Source: Candidatus Latescibacterota bacterium
GTDB lineage: Bacteria; Latescibacterota; UBA2968; UBA8231
Length of the DNA stretch: 64,000 nt
NCBI GenBank assembly: GCA_965205655.1
Contig: CBDBIJ010000091.1
Location: 1 to 64,000, forward strand
Reading direction: 5' to 3'
Positions 56,238 through 64,000 of the stretch are shown here, piece after piece; the stretch's first letter is position 1, and the number at the start of each line of letters is the position of its first letter. The notes under the pieces were generated by a model. It was not told the DNA's origin. It saw only the letters and a list, made by a program, of their open reading frames with translations, and did no database searches. Both the position numbers and the translations under genes were made by a program.

Positions 56238-57237
56238 TCAGCGCCGATCCTTTGCGGCACCCCAAGAGATTCTGGACACCGCGGTTGGATCACCTCCGAT
56301 CCAACGGGGATACAGAAGAATCCGCCATCGGCTCATTCGTCAGATTGACAAGCCCTGTTCCATCGATTCGCATGGCAAAAATGTCGTGATTCGGCACCCC
56401 GGAAAGCCCGCCGGACTCACCCCTGTCAAAAGTGGCGTCGGAGGCGAATGCGATCCAGGCTCCATCCGGTGACCAGGCCGGACTGAATTCCGTTGCACGA
56501 CTGCTCGTGAGGTTCGTCACCTCCCCGCCGTGCAGACCTACGAGGTAAATGTCGAAATTGCCATCTCTAACACTGGCAAAGGCGAGTTGAGAGCCATCCG
56601 GGGACCATGAGATATCGACGGAATCGCCCGGAAGTTCCGCCACGAGCTCTTTTTTCATGGTCCGAAGGGTGACCGAAGAGACCTGACTGCCGGCGCCACC
56701 TCGATCGGCGACATATGCGATCCGCTCGCCGCCGGGCGCCCAGGCGGGGAAAAGCTCGGGGAGGAGTCGCGTCCCGGTAATGTTGATGAGCCTGGAGCCA
56801 TCCAGATTCATGGTGTAGACATCGAGGTTGCGAAATCCCTGGCCATCCAGATCGGAGCAGAAGACGATGCACTCCCCATCCGGCGACCACGACGGATACA
56901 GATCGACGGCAGCGCTGTTCGTGAGGTTGACCGGATCGGGCCAATCCACTCTCTGGAGGAAGATATCGCTGCCGCTGAGTGCCCCGTCAAACCAAAACGC
57001 GGCAAACAGGGCGGCCCTGCCGTCAGGCGACCAGGAGAGCGAACCGAAATCACCGTGGAGAGCACCGGCCAACAACCCGGTATTGGTCAGTTCGCGTGCT
57101 GTCGAAGCCTCAGCGCTAAACAGATGATATTCGCGGGGCTCTCTATCGGAGGGGTCCGTTCCGGCATACATCAAGCGCAGATCGGCCTGCGCCATTTGAG
57201 AGCACATTCCGATGAGCAGCAGATGGCGGAGCAGCAT
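56238..57237 (-). CDS. TolB-like PD40 beta-propeller protein; +1 frameshift near the 3' end, corrected C-terminus carries SWGAAK tail
   Basis: WSPDG repeats. The track ORF stops at 56290, but removing one base at ~56320 gives ...LYPRWIGGDPTAVSRISWGAAKDRR* ending at 56238. Confidence 0.82.
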
Positions 57238-57326
57238 CGACGAGAGAGCGCCAAACGCGACCTGGGCGCTGACTGGGGGGCCGAGGTCTGTTGTCCTAAG
57301 ATCGCGTATGGATAGAGGTACAGCTG

Positions 57327-60300
57327 CTACTTGAGAAGCAACAGTCTGCGTTTGACTTCGTGCATATCGGTCGCCAACGAGTATAGGTACACGCCGCTGC
57401 CGACCGGCCTTCCAGTATTGTCCCTTCCATCCCAGCCGACACTGTAATGTCCCGCCCCCTGCGTGTCGCGCACAAGGTGTCTGACCGGCTGGCCGAGAAT
57501 GTCGTACACCGTCAGCGTGACGGGCGTTTCGCCGTCGAGCACGTAGGAGATGGTGGTCTCGGCATTGAAAGGATTCGGAGAGTTGGACAGAGAAGGAACC
57601 TGAACTGAAGCCTTCAGCGACGGCGCGATTTGGGGTGCCGGTTGCTCGAGCAGGTACCCGATGCTGGATCCGAGCAGTGGACGAACGATGTCTTCCTCCT
57701 GAAGACCTATGTCAAAGGGCAGATAGACGAGCCGGTAGGTGCCGGTATCCAGACGCATTCCCGCTACTTCGCGCCTGCTGTTGAGCAGGATCGGCTCCGC
57801 CGGAGCTATCAGTGCGAGCGGAGCGTGATGCATGGTGAAATCCAGCGGCTCGCTGAGCCCCACGCTCTCGATCGGCAGGAGTCGCTGCCCCCACCTTCGC
57901 ACACTACTCACATGCAGAATCTCGCGGTAGAAGGGTCCCATGCCGCCGCCCCGGACCCGGCTCGTCATGTTCCGCGAACGATTGAGCCAGAGTGTAGCCA
58001 GCATGAGGCGGCCATCGTCCTCGAGGAAATCTCGAAAGGTTTCCCGCGTCCTCTCATCCATCGTGCGCCCCATCCAGATGACGAGCCCATTCTGTGCAGC
58101 ATAGTGAGGCAGGATCGTTCGATAGAGTGCTCCCCTATCGGGCGCCACATCGAAGATACGGACGCTCAACCCCTGGGCGGCCGTCTCCCTGGTTATGATC
58201 CGCCTCAGACTCTCTACCTCACTGGCTTCATACTGGTCCCCGACAAAGACCACGATGTCCGGCAGTGTGGTCGTCTCATTGGCCCAGAGAAAGAGGTCCT
58301 GTTCGCTCAGCACGACGGAACCGTCGCGGGCGTGCATTCGCACCTGGGCTTGGTACTGATCCGACGCAGTCGGCCAATAGGCCGCAGAGAATACGGACTC
58401 CCCGGGCAAGCTCCGACTCCGGGTCATCGGAATCTCATCGAACGAGGTGGGATTCGATAAGGAACGGACGATCATGTAAGCCTTCTCTATTTCGCCTTGA
58501 GCAGAGGCGCGGAAATAGCTGTGCCGGCCTACCAATGCCGACTCCGAGCGGACGTCTCCGTAGACCTCGATCTCGCTCCCCCGCACCGGAGATCTGCCTT
58601 CTATCTCGAACTCGAGCGTGTCTCGGAAGGCCTCCAGCTGGTAGCCGGTCGCTTCGAATACAAACCGCAGGGGCTCGCCGGAGTCGGCATCGGGGCTCAC
58701 AGTAAGACTGGGCAACCGCGGCGTCGTGCGAGACCCAGGCGAGAGAGTGAATGGTTCGCTCCGCACGATCAGGTCGTCTCCAGTGACGTCTGTCGACCAG
58801 CTGGGATAGACGGCAGACGTATTCCAGCTGAGTCTCAAATGGATATCGCGGTATCCGGTCAATGTCCAGTTGCCGATTTCGACATCGAACCGGAAGGATT
58901 CGCCCGGGCTGAGCCGGCCGTCGTCGTTGCCGGCAGTCTCTCCGCGCGCCGAGTCGATCAGATCAATCCTTCTGGTTATCTGTCCGCTCGAGTCTGCCGG
59001 AGCGTCCAGCAGGACAACGCTATTGGCCGCGTTGCGTATCGAATAGCTGTCATCCGGCGCCTCGATGACGCTGGAACTCGTGGGCGAGAACAGAATGCCA
59101 TACCAGGGCCGCTCCGGGTCCAACGCATCAAAAACGACGGAGGCTGCATCGGAGTCGGTCAGGATTCTGAAGTCTCCCTCGATCTTGAACTCGATGAGGC
59201 CGCTGTCCCGGCCACTGCGCAAGCGATCGGAGCCCGCGAACCGCACCTGCGTGTGGTCGTGAATAACGAGGGCGCCCTCCGGGCCGACTCGGAAATCGCC
59301 GTCAACGAGCACGTTCCCACCCCAGTGTATCTCCTCGTCGATGGTCCCGGCCCAGCGAGGCTGGAGCAGATCCACCGACATGGCGGACCCCAGCCGTGAG
59401 AACGTCATATCGAGGCCGGTGTACGCAGACGAACCCATCCTCAGCAAATTGCTGGATGGATTGGAGCGAACCCTCAGCTGCCTGAAGCGGACGCCGTCAA
59501 AAGGGTCGGTGGCGTCGCCAAGGTTGCCGTCACGCGCCGAGGCGTATCCTCCGTCGTGAGCCCAGTAGTCGAGATTGTCCAATCCCTCCTCGCCATCTGC
59601 CTGGCGCCCCGACGGATACCCCGCGTCGCGAAAGAGGCCATCGGCACAGACGAGATCAACGAGTTTCGACCGCTCTTCATTGTTCGAGGTGGCCTGTGGA
59701 CGGATGTGCCAGACGAGCAATCCCTCAGCGGCGACGTTGCGGTTATAGCGCGTTCGCGTTCGTTGCTCCAGCAGCAGATACTCTTCCTCGAAATCGTTTC
59801 CCGGATCGGAGGCCAACCCCAGGGGGATCTTGTAAACGTATCCATCATTCCGAAGGTCTTCGACCACGAGTCCGGTCGTGTCCTGGAAGATCTCTACCAG
59901 GCGATCGTTTCCAGGCCCGATCCAGCCCAATTGCTCCAGGCTCCAGGCAGAAAAGGCGACCGGACCGTCGCCACCATTCCAACCGTGTGCGCCCCACCCC
60001 ATCAATCCCCAGAAGCCGATCCCGGCACTGTCTTCGGACGGTGCGCCGTAAGCGAAATCGTACAAGTCGGGCAGGAGCAGTGCGTGGCCGAACTCGTGTG
60101 CCATCGATCCAACTGTTTGCGAAAAACTTCCTTCGCGCAGAACCGCGCCGCGGTCGCTGGCGCCTGAAACGACTATCGATAGTCCGCTCAGTCCCACATC
60201 AGCTGTCGCCAGACTCGAGTCGAAGCCCAGCCCGGCTCGCCCAGTCGCACCACCGCCCAGGAAACCCCGCGGTGTGGAAAGCATGTTGATGAAGACGTAG

Positions 60301-60815
60301 TCGACGATGCCGTCGTCGTCGCCGGAGTTCGGCAGGCCGTCTGGTCCGTCGTTGTCATACTGGCGCCAGTCGACATCATCGTCCGCCTGGCGAAGAATTT
60401 CCTCGACAAGATCCACGTAGCCGCCAGCTTCACCGTCGGACAGATAACTGGCAGCCGGCCGACTCGAGACATATCGTTCGGGAAGCACAGTGCCCCGAAT
60501 CTCCATCTGGCCGAATGACATGGTATCGTAGAAATGGGACAAGCTGCCAGGCAGCCTGAGATCGAAAATGGCGTTCGCGTAGTCCGGGACGGGTTGCCGT
60601 CCTTCGCTTGCGAACTGGGCGTATACGACTACGACGTCAACGCGGTTGGAGATGGCGGCAAGATCGGAAGGGGCAGTGGGCTGCGTGGTCTTGGCGGCGA
60701 TACGGGGCGAGGCGGCCGGCACGTGCCCGGCGCAAAGAAAGCCCTCGGCCGCAACTTCGCTGTGCACGAAGAAACCCACGAGCGCTGCAAGTATCAGGTG
60801 CGAGACTTTGGCCAT
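57327..60815 (-). CDS. M6 family (immune inhibitor A-like) zinc metalloprotease with T9SS type-A/FlgD-Ig C-terminal domain
   Basis: YDNDGPDG..NSGDDDG, AHEFGHALLLPDLYD, WGLMGWG, NSPNPFNAETTISY...WDGRDNTG...SGVYLY...RRLLLLK. Likely ATG 60815. Confidence 0.9.
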   Translation of the reverse strand: MAKVSHLILAALVGFFVHSEVAAEGFLCAGHVPAASPRIAAKTTQPTAPSDLAAISNRVDVVVVYAQFASEGRQPVPDYANAIFDLRLPGSLSHFYDTMSFGQMEIRGTVLPERYVSSRPAASYLSDGEAGGYVDLVEEILRQADDDVDWRQYDNDGPDGLPNSGDDDGIVDYVFINMLSTPRGFLGGGATGRAGLGFDSSLATADVGLSGLSIVVSGASDRGAVLREGSFSQTVGSMAHEFGHALLLPDLYDFAYGAPSEDSAGIGFWGLMGWGAHGWNGGDGPVAFSAWSLEQLGWIGPGNDRLVEIFQDTTGLVVEDLRNDGYVYKIPLGLASDPGNDFEEEYLLLEQRTRTRYNRNVAAEGLLVWHIRPQATSNNEERSKLVDLVCADGLFRDAGYPSGRQADGEEGLDNLDYWAHDGGYASARDGNLGDATDPFDGVRFRQLRVRSNPSSNLLRMGSSAYTGLDMTFSRLGSAMSVDLLQPRWAGTIDEEIHWGGNVLVDGDFRVGPEGALVIHDHTQVRFAGSDRLRSGRDSGLIEFKIEGDFRILTDSDAASVVFDALDPERPWYGILFSPTSSSVIEAPDDSYSIRNAANSVVLLDAPADSSGQITRRIDLIDSARGETAGNDDGRLSPGESFRFDVEIGNWTLTGYRDIHLRLSWNTSAVYPSWSTDVTGDDLIVRSEPFTLSPGSRTTPRLPSLTVSPDADSGEPLRFVFEATGYQLEAFRDTLEFEIEGRSPVRGSEIEVYGDVRSESALVGRHSYFRASAQGEIEKAYMIVRSLSNPTSFDEIPMTRSRSLPGESVFSAAYWPTASDQYQAQVRMHARDGSVVLSEQDLFLWANETTTLPDIVVFVGDQYEASEVESLRRIITRETAAQGLSVRIFDVAPDRGALYRTILPHYAAQNGLVIWMGRTMDERTRETFRDFLEDDGRLMLATLWLNRSRNMTSRVRGGGMGPFYREILHVSSVRRWGQRLLPIESVGLSEPLDFTMHHAPLALIAPAEPILLNSRREVAGMRLDTGTYRLVYLPFDIGLQEEDIVRPLLGSSIGYLLEQPAPQIAPSLKASVQVPSLSNSPNPFNAETTISYVLDGETPVTLTVYDILGQPVRHLVRDTQGAGHYSVGWDGRDNTGRPVGSGVYLYSLATDMHEVKRRLLLLK

Positions 60816-61005
60816 GGCTACCTTCAAAGTTAACATCTCCAAGATCACGCTCAAGCGCGGATCACCTGATGCCACCTTTAGACAGCTGTGCACGGCAATC
60901 GTTCAGTGCGAAGAGGACTCCCGTATCGACGTCATTCTCAACATGTGGGCCATTGATTCAGTGAGAGCACGACAATCGCGAAAGCTTTTCAGGTTCGCGG
61001 TCCAC

Positions 61006-63240
61006 GTGCAGGTTCGCCGTGTCGCTCTCGTGGCCATCTCAATCGCGACATTCGAGCCGGGGACCGCACAAGCTCAGGCGGACTGGGCCACTTTCACGAG
61101 CATGCGGGAGATCAACGGCGTCCAGGCCACTCCAACCTCAATCTGGGCCGCCACGTCCGGCGGCGTGCTGCGCTATAACAGTCGCTCCCGGCGCTATGAC
61201 AGGTTCACAACCCTCGACGGGCTCGCCGGAAATGAGGTCCTCAGCGTGGCGCACGACGACCGAGGGGATCTGTGGTTCGGAACAAGGGGCGCCGGCCTCT
61301 GCCGGTTCCGGATCGACTCGGAGACGTTCGACGCGCCGTTTCTCGAATTCAGGGGGCTCAGCATCAACGCGTTACTCGTCATGGGGAACCAGCTCCTAGT
61401 GGGAACCGATGAGGGCGTGAGCGTCTTCGACATCGACCGGGAGGAGGTCAGGGAGACCTACAGCCGGTTCGGGACCCTTCTCGACAAGAACACGCCAGTA
61501 ACAGCCCTGACCATCAGCGAGGGGGTTCTGTGCGTCGCCACCGGCCTCGGCATCGCCTGGGCAGACCTGGCGCAGCCCAACCTGAAGGATCCCAACAGCT
61601 GGGATAGCGCTACGTTTACCGGGGAGGTGAGTGACGTCTTAGCTGTGAACGGTAGAGTATACTTGGCCGCCGAGCGCGGCATCTTCTCCTTCGCCCCCAC
61701 GATCGGAACGGTACGCGACGAGAATCGCGATATACGGCCGACGAGTCTTTCAGCACTGGAAGGACGACCCGTCGCCGCGGCTGCTGAGGGCTACCTTCTC
61801 CGTCGGGAAGAAGACGGCCAATGGGCGCGGTTACCGGGCGGCAGCATCGCCGATGTGAGAGGCATGTCGAGCAGTGGCGCGTCCCTGTGGCTCGGCACCG
61901 GCTCCGGCTTGAGAGTGATCGGGGAGAGGGCGCCGTCACGGTCGCGGGAGCCGGCGGCCAACAGGTTCTTCGACATGGAAGTTCTCGACACCGGTGAACT
62001 GTGGGTCGCCACCGTGCCCAACGACCACTTCGATTCGTTCGGTCTCTACCAGCTTGCCCCGGCCGGATGGACTGTCTGGGACAGAGCAGCCGGCATGCCG
62101 ACCGATGACATTGTCAGCCTCGCCACCGACGCTCGCGGTCGGCTGTGGGCGGGCACCTGGGGAGCGGGAGTCTCCATCCGCAGTGCAACCGGGGCCCTGT
62201 TCCGGCTCCACCATCAGAATTCGGACCTCCAGGGTCTCGGCTCCGGAGGTGATTTCGTCGTCATCAGCGATATCGCGCGCGACACTGCCGGCAACATGTG
62301 GCTTGTGAACGTGAAGTTTGGAATCGTCGTCATCGACGGCTTTCCGGTCAGGCGGAGCCACGTATTCGACCAGGTCGCCCTCGGCTTTCCCCCCGGAGAA
62401 GACTTGAACAAGATCACAGTCGGGCCGGATGGGCTGAAGTGGCTCACCAGCCCGACTCACGGCTTCGGGATCCTCGATGACGGTGGCACCCCGTTCGACG
62501 GCACCGACGACCAGGCTCTGTTCATCGACGTGATTGAAGAAGACCGACTGTCCAGCAACAGGGTGTCCGATATCGAAATCACGCCTGATGGAACGCTCTG
62601 GGTCGCCACGGACAACGGCATCAATCGCGTCCGCGGCAGCTATTCCCGAGCATCGAATTCATACGTCGTCGAGCAGTGGACGGTGCTGTCCGATAGAGAC
62701 GGCCTGCCAGCCAGTCAGATCAACGATCTCGAACTGGATGCCTGCGGCAACCTCTGGGTGGCAACCGAAGGCGGGCTGACCCATATATCGCCGGGCGGTG
62801 AGATCGCCCTTCCCCTGACCAGCAGGAACAGCCCTCTGATCAACAATCGAGTGAACTCCCTCTTGTTTGACGCCTCACGCGGACAGCTGTGGATCGGCAC
62901 CTTCGACGGGCTCAGCCGCACCCGTCTTCCGGACTGCGATCGGGAAGTGAGTGGCGACAGCGGGGAGGGCGGTCTGCAAATCTATCCCAATCCATTCACT
63001 CTCTCTGACGGCGAGAGCTCGCTGATTCTCGACGGTATCGCCGCCGGCATGACGGTGCAGATTTTTACCATCTCCGGCGAACTCGTCCGGCGACTCGAGG
63101 GCACTTCGGGTCAACGAATGCTGACCTGGGATGGTCGAAACGACTCCGGCTTCCCGGTCAGCTCCGGCATCTACGTGCTTGTCGCCGATGACGGAGCAGG
63201 CAAGCGCATCCGCGGCAGGTTCGCAGTAGTGCGCCCGTGA
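61006..63240 (+). CDS. PorZ-like double beta-propeller protein with C-terminal sorting domain
   Basis: IWAATSGG, TTLDGL, GxLWxGT propeller repeats, DDGGTPFDGTDD, IYPNPF...IFTISGELVR...WDGRN...SGIY. Start uncertain (GTG 60961 or 61006). Confidence 0.78.
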   Translation: MQVRRVALVAISIATFEPGTAQAQADWATFTSMREINGVQATPTSIWAATSGGVLRYNSRSRRYDRFTTLDGLAGNEVLSVAHDDRGDLWFGTRGAGLCRFRIDSETFDAPFLEFRGLSINALLVMGNQLLVGTDEGVSVFDIDREEVRETYSRFGTLLDKNTPVTALTISEGVLCVATGLGIAWADLAQPNLKDPNSWDSATFTGEVSDVLAVNGRVYLAAERGIFSFAPTIGTVRDENRDIRPTSLSALEGRPVAAAAEGYLLRREEDGQWARLPGGSIADVRGMSSSGASLWLGTGSGLRVIGERAPSRSREPAANRFFDMEVLDTGELWVATVPNDHFDSFGLYQLAPAGWTVWDRAAGMPTDDIVSLATDARGRLWAGTWGAGVSIRSATGALFRLHHQNSDLQGLGSGGDFVVISDIARDTAGNMWLVNVKFGIVVIDGFPVRRSHVFDQVALGFPPGEDLNKITVGPDGLKWLTSPTHGFGILDDGGTPFDGTDDQALFIDVIEEDRLSSNRVSDIEITPDGTLWVATDNGINRVRGSYSRASNSYVVEQWTVLSDRDGLPASQINDLELDACGNLWVATEGGLTHISPGGEIALPLTSRNSPLINNRVNSLLFDASRGQLWIGTFDGLSRTRLPDCDREVSGDSGEGGLQIYPNPFTLSDGESSLILDGIAAGMTVQIFTISGELVRRLEGTSGQRMLTWDGRNDSGFPVSSGIYVLVADDGAGKRIRGRFAVVRP

Positions 63241-63298
63241 TCGTTGCGAGCGCACAGCAGGTTGACCGTTAGCCAAAATCTGGCGGTATTCTGCTGGC

Positions 63299-64000
63299 AT
63301 GCGACAAGATGTGGAAACCATCGAGACGCGGGAGTGGCTCGACTCCCTCGACTACGTGTTGAGCCACGGCGGACCGGAGCGAGTGCGCCAGCTCCTGGAC
63401 CGGCTGCAGAGCTACGCTCGCGAGCAGGGCGTGGCGATCCCTTCCGCCTCGAATACGCCCTACGTCAACACCATCCCTCCCGACAGGCAGCCACCCTACC
63501 CGGGTAGTCACGGGCTGGAGCGCCGAATCCGCAATATTCTGCGCTGGAACGCCACCATCCTGGTGGTGCGGGCCAACCTGGAGGACCCCAGCATCGGCGG
63601 TCACATCGCCACATACGCATCGGTGGCCACCCTCTACGAGGTCGGCTTCAATCACTTCTTCCGCGGAAAAAGTGACGACTTCGAGGGGGACCAGATCCTT
63701 TTCCAGGCCCACACTTCGCCGGGCATCTACGCGCGGGCCTACCTTGAGGGTCGGCTCAGCGAGGAGCAGCTGATCAACTTCCGGCGCGAACTGCGGAAGG
63801 GAGGCGGCCTGCCTAGCTATCCCCACCCGAGATTGATGCCGGAGTTCTGGCAGTTCCCCACCGCCTCCATGGGCCTGTGCCCGATCACGGCGATCTACCA
63901 CGCGCGCTACAACCGTTACCTGGAAGACCGGGGCCTGAAGCAGCCATCTGACGCCAAGGTCTGGGCCTTCATCGGCGACGGGGAGACGGACGAACCCGAA
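63299..64000 (+). CDS. aceE: Pyruvate dehydrogenase E1 component, homodimeric type (5' part, truncated by the window)
   Basis: Hand translation from ATG 63299: ETREWLDSL...YVNTIP...RWNA...GGHIATYAS...[21 protein letters not shown]...[11 protein letters not shown]. Confidence 0.96.
   Translation, partial: MRQDVETIETREWLDSLDYVLSHGGPERVRQLLDRLQSYAREQGVAIPSASNTPYVNTIPPDRQPPYPGSHGLERRIRNILRWNATILVVRANLEDPSIGGHIATYASVATLYEVGFNHFFRGKSDDFEGDQILFQAHTSPGIYARAYLEGRLSEEQLINFRRELRKGGGLPSYPHPRLMPEFWQFPTASMGLCPITAIYHARYNRYLEDRGLKQPSDAKVWAFIGDGETDEPE

Noticed and set aside
1..64000. tRNA/rRNA genes, transposases, integrases, prophage or defence genes
   Set aside because: None recognisable. Intergenic gaps are short and show no cloverleaf or terminal inverted repeats; tRNAscan/Infernal would be needed to exclude small RNAs.

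Overview
GC-rich, gene-dense bacterial window with about 37 real CDSs and no rRNA, tRNA, CRISPR or mobile element that I can support. The gene repertoire (four CRTAC1/ASPIC-UnbV FG-GAP proteins, TPR proteins, FlgD-Ig/T9SS-type C-terminal domains, a PorZ-like protein, SWGxxK tails, DUF6785-like membrane proteins) suggests an FCB-group-related lineage such as Latescibacterota; this is inference only. The main candidate for an undescribed system is a ~26 kb divergent cell-envelope cassette (18.8-44.6 kb). It contains a large probable outer-membrane protein split by two +1 frameshifts, four paralogous secreted discoidin/Ig proteins that all end TPNGDGxND...AY, three lipoprotein PPIase foldases, a CBM9-like protein with its own predicted promoter and terminator, a CRTAC1/TPR pair, and two tandem DUF6785-like transporters. 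It also carries a 2.83 kb tandem duplication with a visible junction scar and a Cys-bounded hypervariable loop. A short C-terminal tail, T[AS][VI]xxxSWGxxK, occurs on three unrelated secreted proteins, one of them visible only after correcting a frameshift. Flanking regions encode an unusual sugar ABC transporter, catabolic enzymes, a redoxin plus heme-c/PHM-type copper monooxygenase pair, an M6 protease and the 5' end of aceE. Family assignments come from motif recognition, not database searches.
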